Below are positions 22,024 through 31,502 of a stretch of DNA of 64,000 nucleotides, piece after piece. Position 1 is the stretch's first letter; the number at the start of each line of letters is the position of its first letter. Both the position numbers and the translations under genes were made by a program. Origin of the DNA: Nitrospirota bacterium (lineage in GTDB: Bacteria; Nitrospirota; UBA9217); the NCBI GenBank assembly GCA_963818475.1, contig CAWFSF010000002.1:768001-832000 (forward strand), written 5' to 3'. Under the pieces are notes generated by a model. That model was not told the origin of the DNA. It did no database searches and saw nothing but the letters and a program-made list of their open reading frames with translations.

Positions 22024-22090
22024 GAAGAACCGACGAGGAACTGCAGTGGACGCGAATAGGCCGTGCCGCTGAACGTTCCAGTCGTTGATC
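22024..22090 (+). mobile_element. attC-like site (degenerate)
   Basis: GAAC...CTGCAGTGGACGCG-loop-CGTGCCGCTGAAC...GTT right after a stop codon. Confidence 0.5.
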
Positions 22091-22362
22091 GTCAATGATT
22101 TAAAATCCTCGAAATCGCTCGGCAGTAAGTGTTTATCATAAATCCAAACAGAATCTATCAGAAGTGAAAAATACCGGCTGAAGTATGTAGCGCATTATCC
22201 TTCCTGGACTCGGTATAGATGCATTTCTTTGAAACATATCGCGTTACATTCTGCACTAGTTGGAATTCCTTTAAAATACTCATTGCTGACGATGATATAC
22301 GCTTAAATAAGACGTATAGCTTATCGCCTCTCGCGGTTCTGAAGGTCATCGGAGGAATACTA

Positions 22363-23043
22363 ATGAAACTTATTCTGTCATCTATCGTTGCTTTATCTTT
22401 TTTATGCCTAACCATGGAACTACAAGCACAAGAAAATCATTTATTTTATAATTGTATTAAAGATGCATATAGGGACTCAAATTTAAACTATAATTTAAAA
22501 AGTAGAACGCACATTGTATAGTAAGAGGCCAAAACCACAAGATTCACTTGATCAGAGCGGCCTGAATGCGGAAATTCCCACTCCAAAAAACAAAGAAGAA
22601 GAACTAATCCAAAGACAAACCATTGAAGCTTTGTACCGCCAATTTTTTAGAAACGTTAAAGCAGGAAAACAATATTATCCTATCAGTGAGATAAAAAAAC
22701 TGTATGGTATGACACCGGAAGCACGTATAGGTGTTTCTTCGGGAGGATACTACCGATTATTTGTTGCATACTGGACATTAAAGGCTAAGTTAAGGGAATA
22801 TCAAGAAACAAATATTGAAAAGAATGGATACGCTAATATTTACTATGTTGACAATTTACTCTTTTTTGTAGAGTCAACCTTGGCTGGAGCTTTTTTCCCA
22901 ACTCTGGTCCTGCGCAGATTCCTGAGTCTTTACGCCGTCAAGGAATTCAACAGATGTTAAATGCCTTTGCCCCGAATATGACAATAAAGGAACTCTATGA
23001 AGGGGCAGATGCTCAAAAGGCTAGATGGCCGGTTCTAAAATAA
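22363..23043 (+). CDS. Secreted hypothetical protein, putative cassette gene (frameshifted)
   Basis: GGAGG RBS, signal peptide MKLILSSIVALSFLCL; AT-rich. Confidence 0.55.
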
Positions 23044-23224
23044 TAAGCAGATAACCAATTACTACACTGAATGCAGTGAGTGCATCATTGAGTCTGTAGA
23101 ATAAATCATTTTGGACGAAATAAGCCTTAAGAACATCAAATACTTATGAACCACAAAAATGTGAATCTTGGGCTTTTTCTGCAGACTCGTTGGGCAACAC
23201 TCACGCTCACGAAAGGATAACCGT

Positions 23225-23422
23225 ATGTCTTTGCCGCAAGACTTCTGGGAACAACTACCAGAGAGGACGGATGAGGAATTGTATGGCATGCTTGCTCACC
23301 CAGACGACTACCGGCCAGAAGCTCTCGAAGCGGCGAAAGAGGAGCTTCGTAAACGCAATCTCGCGCCGGTGCGGACGGCCCAGCTTGAAGCCGTTGCTCA
23401 GTCACAAAAGACAGTGAGGTAG
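23225..23422 (+). CDS. Small hypothetical protein, putative cassette gene
   Basis: AAGGA RBS; RTDEELYGML..DDYRPEALEAAKEELRKRNL; attC directly after the stop. Confidence 0.6.
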   Translation: MSLPQDFWEQLPERTDEELYGMLAHPDDYRPEALEAAKEELRKRNLAPVRTAQLEAVAQSQKTVR

Positions 23423-23424
23423 GG

Positions 23425-23547
23425 GCACAACAAAGTTGGTTTAGCGAACCGCTGCCTATCTTTTTCGTTCGACGCCGGGCAGTAATTTGAGAGTGTATGC
23501 GCTCCACCGTCCCTTTTGGCGGCGGTCGCTCACCCCTATCGTTCTTG
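23425..23547 (+). mobile_element. attC site (long)
   Basis: GCACAAC...GGTTTAGCGAACCGCTGCC...GGCGGCGGTCGCTCACC...GTT. Confidence 0.6.
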
Positions 23548-23913
23548 CCGTCGCTTCGCGTCGACAAGAACCCCCGGGTGATCGGCTGAACCGTTCTTTC
23601 TGGAAAACAGCGCGGAGGAGCAACCGGTTCGATACCGCCTTTGCTCCTGCCGGGCAAGCCGATCACCCGGGGGTTAGTGTTTCATACCGGTGATTCTGGC
23701 TAAAAATGAGGAGGCATGCCAATGGAATTTCGTCACGGTCCCTTTTGGAAGGACTTTTTTTTTATGCTGGCGATTGGCGTGGCTGTCACTATAATCAGAT
23801 CAATATATTAGAGTGCGAGAAAGAAATCGGAGAATGAAAAAGAACACAATTACGTAGGTAAATCAGGAATAGGTCTGACGCTGAGAAATATATTGGAAGA
23901 CTAATTAGCACGC

Positions 23914-24480
23914 ATGAATATGAGAAGAAACCCAAAAGGACAGGAAGGTTTAACCGAGAAGCAAAAAGCACTTTATGATACTATCAAATCCATCGACAAC
24001 GACCATCCTGGTGAATTGATCAGTAATAAGCAAATTACAGAAAAATATCAACGCAGTCACGGTCCACTTAACCTCCTACCGACGGATTTTTGCTATAACT
24101 TAGTAAATGTAGGTCCCGATTTTGTAGCAAAATTTTTGATGAGCGTTGAAAAAGGAATGTTTAGATTTGTTGATTTTCAGTGGCAAGCAAAAGATGATCA
24201 TGTGGATATAACATGGACGCCCAAGGGCAAAGATGTGCCTGAAGAACTGAAGGGGAAATTTTTTTCGGTAGGCATGTACCACAAAGGTGAATATAGCTGG
24301 AACTTTTCGGATCTTACCAGTCAATTCCAACACTCCCCCCGTTACGCAGACTCTATAAAAGTCGATAAAGAAATTAAGGCACAGACAAAACCCTCATCTT
24401 GTGAACAGTGCGGTCATACTGATTTTACATTCGATGGCTTTGAATATTCTTGCGTCAAATGTGGATGGAAAACTATATAG
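23914..24480 (+). CDS. Hypothetical cassette protein with C-terminal Zn ribbon
   Basis: LPTDFCYNLVN; CEQCG...CVKCG. Confidence 0.7.
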   Translation: MNMRRNPKGQEGLTEKQKALYDTIKSIDNDHPGELISNKQITEKYQRSHGPLNLLPTDFCYNLVNVGPDFVAKFLMSVEKGMFRFVDFQWQAKDDHVDITWTPKGKDVPEELKGKFFSVGMYHKGEYSWNFSDLTSQFQHSPRYADSIKVDKEIKAQTKPSSCEQCGHTDFTFDGFEYSCVKCGWKTI

Positions 24481-24507
24481 TTAATAGGTATGTCCAAAAA
24501 GATTATG

Positions 24508-24570
24508 TTCTAACGAAAACGTTCGAGAGGGTCGGTCAAGAAACGCCCGCCCCTCAACTCATTGTTATCT
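24508..24570 (+). mobile_element. attC site
   Basis: TTCTAAC GAAAAC GTTCGAGAGGGTCGG...CCGCCCCTCAAC TCATT GTTAT. Confidence 0.75.
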
Positions 24571-24628
24571 TTGAAAGGAATGGGGCTTGCGTCTTCACTA
24601 TTCAGCTTGTGATGATGCAGCAAAGCAA

Positions 24629-25919
24629 GTGAAACGAAGCGACTACTTAAAAACAATTGAAGGTCAGGTCGGCCTTAGGCGAAAGCGCAGGATGCACAGA
24701 TTGCACTTCATGCTTGATGGTCAGGAACCGCAAAGCAAGAAAGCTATTTCTGAAGCAGAGAAAGAAGCTTTTCAAAATGCCATCCTGAATAAAATGGTAG
24801 AGCGGAAACGCAGGCACTTCAAGGCTCCAGTAGCAATTGAATTCGACTTTTTTCCAACCAAAAATAATCCACCTGCTTTACATACAATGCCAAAAAATTA
24901 TCTCGACCTGCTTGAGGGACCCCGCGCAGGTGTCGCTTCTAAACGCAAACGAATTGTTTTTGAAAATGATAGGCAGGTCAGTTACTTGGCGGCAAAGTAC
25001 CACTTACCCATAGACCAGTCTGGACCAAGCATCTGGTTAAAGGTGGCACCTTACCGGAATTTTGTTGCTGACATTGCATTACTAGACAAGATTCAGCGAG
25101 AGGAGCTGAAATCAGCGTCGGGTGGGCATGTTAATCAAAGACCATCATGGGGTGATCTGCTTGAGAATGACGACGATGCCAGGCAGAACTATGATCCTGT
25201 TGAACAATTGCGGGAGCATGAAAATAATAAACAATTCTGGGTCTCACGTTTCGGCCAGGATGTTTATGAAGCATGGCGTGAGATGCATATGCGGGACGTT
25301 CAGGATCAACTTTTAAAAACACTTGCATTGACTCCTGGCAAATTTATCAGCTTATTGTCACCTCTTTTTTCCGAACAACCGCCGGAACTTGAGAGGATGC
25401 ATGGGATAGACTGAACTCGATCAAGTGAACCTTTTGCTATTGATTTGAAGCATTCAAATCTTGCAGAAGGTGAATCGTCACAGTACAAGGCTTTCGTAAA
25501 ACGCACAATGGCTTCCTATAGAGAAAAACACAGCGGCCTGTTTCCGCTAATAGCTCAAGTTGGCATAACAATACTTTTCAGCCACCCGCAACGGGCGGCA
25601 TCGATCTCGACAATCTCGCTCGAAGAATTGTACCCTTTGTAAACGAAGAGTTAAAGCCGCCAGCAGTCTCCTAATGACCGTTAATTCTGACCGATGTACA
25701 GATTCCAATCTGAGGCAGTGGTATCAGGAAAAGCAGAGCGCGATTAAGAAAATGCCCAAGCACTCGATCACCCATTACCAAGTTGTTCAACTGCCACGTC
25801 TCACCACTGATAGTCAGAATGGTTTTGTTCGACTCATTTTAGAGCCAGGTGAACACGTCGAGAGCCTCTGGAGCAAAGTAGAGAACTTGGCAGATAAGTG
25901 GCTGGACAATTTCACTTGA
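24629..25919 (+). CDS. Hypothetical cassette protein with two RusA-like motifs (frameshifted)
   Basis: PVAIEFDF...PKNYLDLL...ENDRQV, and in another frame GGIDLDNLARRIVP. Confidence 0.6.
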
Positions 25920-26014
25920 TAATTCACTTGATAGTAGACAAAATAATTCAGTTTTTTCAATGTTGATAACTTGGAGTGGAAGGATTGGCAGAACCAAGTA
26001 GAACCCGACAATAA

Positions 26015-26074
26015 TTCTAACCATTCGGCTTGAGAGGGTCGCGAAAACCGCGTCCCTCAGCTGTGCCGTTCTTC
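26015..26074 (+). mobile_element. attC site
   Basis: TTCTAAC CATTCGGCTTGAGAGGGTCGCG AAAAC CGCGTCCCTCAGCTG TGCC GTT. Confidence 0.72.
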
Positions 26075-26122
26075 ATGTTTCAAGCCGGAACTCTTATTCC
26101 GCCATTCTATCGCGTAGGGGAC

Positions 26123-26198
26123 CTTGGGGACGTTGTTACTTAGCTTGCATAACTGAGTTCTATACACTGAAAGCAATGTAAGTAACAACGTCCCCAAG
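26123..26198. repeat. Perfect 20-bp inverted repeat
   Basis: CTTGGGGACGTTGTTACTTA / TAAGTAACAACGTCCCCAAG. Confidence 0.85.
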
Positions 26199-26310
26199 TC
26201 TCCGAAAATATTTGGTCAACAAAATTCAGCGACAAATAGACCGAATAATAAGAACAGGTGAATGGTTGTCAAAAATAAATCAACCACCTGATTAGCACTA
26301 GTGGGTTTGC

Positions 26311-26369
26311 TAATAACCAGCGGCTCAAGACCGACGCGCAGAAACGCGCGTCTTAGCCGCGCGTTCATG
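26311..26369 (+). mobile_element. attC site
   Basis: TAATAAC CAGCGGCTCAAGACCGACGCGC AGAAAC GCGCGTCTTAGCCGC GC GTT with the extrahelical base. Confidence 0.72.
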
Positions 26370-26645
26370 TGCAATTTACAACCTGTAGTTGTTGGTTGTT
26401 TCGCTTAATGGAAATTACAACCTTGTGCTGTTTGGATCGACGAGGCTAGCGAGAAAGCGGTGAATACCGTTTGAAGTGTACAGTCGAAAGTCCATCCTGT
26501 TCCTTTTGTATAGAGGTTGGTAAAATTCTTGTGGAGTACAAACTGAACTTAGCAAAGAGGGGACCGCTGCTAAGCGGCTCACACGTGCGCTAGACACTGA
26601 TCTCCGGAGCATGGCAACGGTCGTAAATTGTGGGAGGAAAGAGCA

Positions 26646-27077
26646 ATGAATACAAAAGAGACGCTCGATTACGGATGGCGTTGGTTCGAGTACCACGCGG
26701 GGCAGAGAATGGCTGCGTTTCGATTCTTCCTTATTCTGTTAGCAGCTCTTGTGCTGGGTGTTACAACTGCGTTCAAAGATGGAGAATTCCATCTAATGTC
26801 GACGCTCGCAGCGTTTGGATCTTTCATATCCTTCGCCTTTCTGATGCTAGAAATTCGAAACGAAAACTTGGTCAATATAGGGCGGAAAGCCTTGATCCAT
26901 ATCGAGGCTTCTGACGAATCTCTTAAATCAACTCCGATACTCCAGCTATTCCACATTGACCAAAAGCGGAAATTTTTTATAAGCCACAAGTGCTGGTTTA
27001 GGGTGATCTATTTGGTGTGCATAGTGCTTTTCTTATTAATTGCTGTAGACCCGGCAATCGTTATCTCGCCGCGGTGA
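26646..27077 (+). CDS. Hypothetical membrane protein, putative cassette gene
   Basis: WRWFEYHAGQRMAAFRFF; three TM segments; GGAGG RBS. Confidence 0.7.
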   Translation: MNTKETLDYGWRWFEYHAGQRMAAFRFFLILLAALVLGVTTAFKDGEFHLMSTLAAFGSFISFAFLMLEIRNENLVNIGRKALIHIEASDESLKSTPILQLFHIDQKRKFFISHKCWFRVIYLVCIVLFLLIAVDPAIVISPR

Positions 27078-27155
27078 AGCCAGCGAACTGTACCGTGCGG
27101 CTGACATGTTTAGAGCCCATCACCCGTATCAACTATGCGGAGAAGATGTGGATTC

Positions 27156-27439
27156 AAGTGAACACGCCGAAGAGGGAAAATCTTGCCTGGCGAGGCGAAA
27201 GGTCCTTTTCCCGTGACCCGTCTTAGTGCGTGTGTTTTGCAAAGATCTCTTCGAGCCCGATGTACTGGTCGAATGTCTCTCTCATTTCGGCCGCCAGATC
27301 AGCCGAAGACAACAGGCCTACTACTTTTCCGCTCTCCGTCACCGGCAGCCTGTGGATATGAGCCTTGTTCATCACTCTCAGGGCGGTCTCAACATCTGCA
27401 TCGGAATTGATCGTTACAGGGTTCGGTCATGACGTCGCG
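27156..27439 (-). pseudogene. Diverged duplicate of the 3' half and downstream hairpin of CBS gene 28999-29425
   Basis: Near-identical to 28932-29218. Confidence 0.85.
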
Positions 27440-27650
27440 AAAATATAAATCCTTCATACTGTCGATGGTTGAGGGCATCAAGACAGACTCTAAGTGCAGT
27501 GAACCGTAAACAATCTAACTTTGCGGCCAAGCGGACGCCATGTTACAGTCTTCCGGATGTACCCGGCATCACCACACAATATAGAAAGATCGGTGTGAGA
27601 TGCAGGCTCGGCTGCTTTGCATGAAGAGCTGGTGAGAAAGGAGCAAAATT

Positions 27651-28400
27651 ATGAAAAGACAATCGGCAGTCGATCAAAAAGGCGGCGCTCGTTATATGAA
27701 GAGCCTATTGACATTTCTGATCGTTATGATCTTTCTTGTTCTTACCGGGTGCGCTACGATGACGGGCGCCGATTTTGTGAAGCCCATCGCGCTTAATGAT
27801 AAAACAAATGCGCTGGATCTCCAGAAGGAGTCCGTAGCCCTCTTAACGCTAAAGACTTCGAATCAGTACAAGCCGGGATACCAGCCGGATGTGTGGGGAA
27901 TTTACGTTCTCACTAACGATGGAAAAGAGAAAAAAGAAATTTACAGATTCGGCCCCAAAGTTTATAGCTTAACACCATATGACAAAGTTAAGAAGGAGTT
28001 CAATGAATATCTGGTCAGCATTAGTCTTCCTGCCGGAAAATATAAGCTGAGACATATAAACGGCACGGGCGGAGTTGTTCCTGTCCGCGGGAACTTTGTC
28101 ATTCCTGTGTACTCCGATTTCGATCTAGCGCCGAACAAAGTAATTTACCTGGGCAGGATCGAGGCAACGCTTAGAGAGAGAAAGAGCGACGACGAGTTGA
28201 GAGCGGGTCTTGCAATGCCGCTCATTGATCAGGCGGCGTCGGGTTTTTACTCAGGGACGTTCGATATCAACATCTACGATAATTATGAAAAGGACGTTTC
28301 CCTGTTTAAGAAGGAGTATCCTATACTCAATAGCTTTACCATTGAGAAGCTTGTCCTCTCTCCCTGGAAGAAACCGACGGAAGAAGAGTTGAAGAATTAG
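27651..28400 (+). CDS. Lipoprotein
   Basis: Lipobox LVLTGC; AAGGAG RBS. Confidence 0.75.
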   Translation: MKRQSAVDQKGGARYMKSLLTFLIVMIFLVLTGCATMTGADFVKPIALNDKTNALDLQKESVALLTLKTSNQYKPGYQPDVWGIYVLTNDGKEKKEIYRFGPKVYSLTPYDKVKKEFNEYLVSISLPAGKYKLRHINGTGGVVPVRGNFVIPVYSDFDLAPNKVIYLGRIEATLRERKSDDELRAGLAMPLIDQAASGFYSGTFDINIYDNYEKDVSLFKKEYPILNSFTIEKLVLSPWKKPTEEELKN

Positions 28401-28998
28401 GGGAGCCAGCTTTTTCCCGTCCCACCAATCTGCTTTGAGAAGGGATTTACTCGGGACTATGAGCTGTGGTTTTTTTGGGATAGGTAAAAATGCGAAGAGA
28501 GAATATTTTCACCCATTTAAAGGGCACCGTCAAGCGAAAAAAGCTATTACCCCAAAGTTCCCTTAAAAGCCAACCTCTTCGCTCTCTAAAAACGCTTTTC
28601 TGAACCACAAGTTGAGTGCGTAAATCAATGTTTATTTTTCGGCCCATAATGTCTCTTGCCTTTTTTGAATTTGTGATAACGTTTCTGTAAACCAGAGAGT
28701 TTGTCTGTGACGCTCCTCGCCCGCGGCACCCCGCGCCTCAAGCCTGAAGTCTGCGAAGGATCTCTTCCAGCACTGCGACCTTGTCGTTCCGGTCCTTCAA
28801 ATCCCTGGCAACTACGACGAGCGAGGCGGTGTTGGCGTCCTCGACCACGAGAACCTTCCCCTCCCTTAATTCCCAAGTATGTGACATGGCTGCCACCTCC
28901 TTCGCACGCAACCAATCCGCCCCCAACCTTTAAGTGAACACGACGAAGAGGGAAAATCGTGCCTGGCGAGGCGAAAGGTCCTTTTCCCGTGACCTGTC

Positions 28999-29425
28999 TT
29001 AGTGCGTGTGTTTTGCAAAGATCTCTTCGAGCCCGATGTACTGGTCGAATGTCTCTCTCATTTCGGCCGCCAAATCAGCCGAAGACAACAGGCCTACCAG
29101 TTTTCCGCTCTCCGTCACTGGCAGCCTGTGGATATGCGCCTTGTTCATCACTCTCAGGGCGGATCTCAACGTCTGCATCGGAATTGATCGTTATAGGGTC
29201 TGCGGTCATGACGTCGCGGACGCTGATCGTTCTTGGATCTTTCGTGTCTGCGGCAACCGTCATGGCAATGTCCCTATCGGTCAGGATCCCTTTCAGTTTC
29301 CAACCCTCCTCAACAACGAGAACCGATCCGACATGATGCTCTTTCATCTTCACCGCTGCGTCGAACATGGTAGAAGAGGGGAGGATCGTGATAAGGTCCT
29401 TCTGCATGAGTTGTCTCGCTAGCAT
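28999..29425 (-). CDS. CBS-domain protein (one frameshift near 29163)
   Basis: MKEHHVGSVLVV...GILTDRDI...HRLPV. Confidence 0.85.
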
Positions 29426-29474
29426 GGCGCCCTCCTTTCTTCGGGCTGTGGCCTCGCCAGGAATCCTTAAAACG

Positions 29475-29580
29475 AAAAGCCGGACTTGCCGATACATGTT
29501 CCTTCGGCAGCCCGGCTGTCTTCTTCTCAAGACCCGTCGCTTTCCGCGCCCTTCTCGCGAAGGGTTCGGCTTTATCGGGA
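29475..29580 (-). promoter_or_regulatory. c-di-GMP-I (GEMM-I)-type riboswitch with overlapping terminator
   Basis: Minus strand GATAAAGCCGAACCCTTC-GCGA-GAAGGGCGCGGAAAGCGACGGGTCT...GACAGCCGGGCTGCCG...TCGGCAAGTCCGGCTTTT; TTGACA-N17-CATACT upstream. Confidence 0.82.
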
Positions 29581-29677
29581 ATGGATCATACTTCAAGTAT
29601 GATACCGGTGAACGGTTCTGTCAACGGGGTAATTAGTTGCACTTTCTGACAGACGAATACCGGTGAAGAGAATCGAG

Positions 29678-30694
29678 CTAAGGCGCAAACCTCCCGGGAA
29701 TTATTGTGCCGCACGCCGGGCACGTGCCGTTCTTGATCTTATTCTGCCTGACGTCGAATATATACCGCTCGATCAAAAGCTCGCCGCATCCATGGCACCA
29801 GGTATTCTCCCATCGATGGCCGGGCACGTTGCCGAGGTACACGTACCAGAGCCCCGCTTCTTTTCCCAAGGTCCTTGCTTTCTCCAGCGTGCGGATCGGC
29901 GTCGGCCGGATATCAAGCAGTTCATGATGAGGATGGAACCTCGTCACATGCCACGGCGTAGCAGGGCCGAGGCTGTTCTTGATCCATGCCGCGATGTCCC
30001 GGAGCTCCTTTTCATCATCGTTGTATGCCGGGATGATGTTCGTAACGACCTCCACATGCATCCCGAGCTTCTGCGCCTTTTCCGCGGCTTCAAGTATGCC
30101 CTTGAACTTCTGAATATTCCCGATCCTCAGGTACGTCCTGTCGGAAAACCCTTTGATGTCCACCCGGTAGACGTCGAGGTACGGGGCAATCATGTCGAGC
30201 GCCTCTTTCGTGATATACCCGTTCGTTACATAATTGGTACGGAGCCCTCGTGCTTGGGCGATTTTTGCCGAGTCGAGGGTATATTCGAACGAGAGCGCGG
30301 GCTCGTTGAATGTCCACGATATGCCGAGGCAGGCTGAATTTTTGGCCTGATCAACCGCGTTTTCCGGCGAGATGTATTCGGTGTCCATGGGCCCTTCTTT
30401 CCAGTGGGCAATGTCCCAGTTCTGGCAGCCCGGACACCGGAAGTTGCATCCCACGCTTCCGAGGGAAAGCCACCGCGAACCCGGATAGTAGTGGAAGACC
30501 GGCTTTTTTTCAATGGGGTTGATCGAGATCGACGAGACTTCGCCGTAGATCAGGCTGTACAGCACGCCGCTTTCATTTATCCGTGTTCGGCACCAGCCCG
30601 TCTTGCCTTCCGGGATGATGCATTCGCGCTGGCAGGTGTGGCACCTGATCGCATTATCGCGGAGTACGGTATATATATATGCTTCTTTTTTCAT
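29678..30694 (-). CDS. amrS: AmmeMemoRadiSam system radical SAM enzyme
   Basis: CHTCQRECII..G.CRTR, PIEKKPVFHYYPG, GCNFRCPGCQNW, YVYLGNV, CxxC motifs. Confidence 0.88.
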   Translation of the reverse strand: MKKEAYIYTVLRDNAIRCHTCQRECIIPEGKTGWCRTRINESGVLYSLIYGEVSSISINPIEKKPVFHYYPGSRWLSLGSVGCNFRCPGCQNWDIAHWKEGPMDTEYISPENAVDQAKNSACLGISWTFNEPALSFEYTLDSAKIAQARGLRTNYVTNGYITKEALDMIAPYLDVYRVDIKGFSDRTYLRIGNIQKFKGILEAAEKAQKLGMHVEVVTNIIPAYNDDEKELRDIAAWIKNSLGPATPWHVTRFHPHHELLDIRPTPIRTLEKARTLGKEAGLWYVYLGNVPGHRWENTWCHGCGELLIERYIFDVRQNKIKNGTCPACGTIIPGRFAP

Positions 30695-30793
30695 GTTCGT
30701 TGTAATGCGAATTGACCGCGAATATGAAATGAGGGTTTAAGAAGAACCAACCGGCCGGCATGTCCGGTATTTCCCTCAATATTTTGCTGATGA

Positions 30794-31096
30794 TCACTCC
30801 TTGTGCTGTCCAAGATAATCCAGTACAACGACAACGGCGTGTGCGCGCCTGTTAATCACGCCGAGAACATTGTCGAACTTCTCGATGGGATCGGTAAGAG
30901 AGGGGTCGATGAATTCCTCGGCTGCTTCTTCGACGGTCTTCAGGACTCGGAGCCCCTCGGGCGTCTTGCGCAGCGCATCCTTCCACGCATCCTTGGCCAG
31001 GAGCAATGACCCCAGCAGCATTTTCCTGATCTGCTCCGCCTTGATTTCGAGGAACATGAACCGGTCATCCTGCATCGTATCGTGATAATTCCTCAC
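30794..31096 (-). CDS. Hypothetical protein
   Basis: 100-aa ORF with AGGAG RBS. Confidence 0.6.
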   Translation of the reverse strand: MRNYHDTMQDDRFMFLEIKAEQIRKMLLGSLLLAKDAWKDALRKTPEGLRVLKTVEEAAEEFIDPSLTDPIEKFDNVLGVINRRAHAVVVVLDYLGQHKE

Positions 31097-31502
31097 CTGC
31101 GCTGTCTCCTGTCTTTGCGGGGTTTAGTGAAGCAGGTGGACATTTCTAATTTTACATTCGTAAGTGAGATGGTCAATGATTTCGTATGGCACAAGCTGCA
31201 CTCTGCCATGAGCCTCCGCTCTCCAGCACAGCATCGGAGCAGATACGTTTAAAGTCCGTCGAATTGAAGCAGTCTATGAATAGATTGTACCACTGGAAGG
31301 AAGGGGGCGAAGCACTGAAGCATTACACCAATGTAATTGCGACTAAAAGTCTTATTCAAGCTCATCCTGATTTAATTGCTTTGAATTGCGGCCTTCTTTG
31401 ACAACGCACATATCCGTTGTTATAGTTGTTATATGAACAATGCGTGATAACCATCAACTGGGGATGTTTTTTTTAGACGTTCAACATGAGGAGGCAGCTA
31501 TC

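Noticed and set aside
28447-28926. Short minus-strand ORFs
   Set aside because: No recognisable family or start signals; may be gene debris
31187-31200. Sigma54 promoter TGGCAC...TGCA upstream of cooS
   Set aside because: GG-GC spacing is 8 nt rather than the required 10
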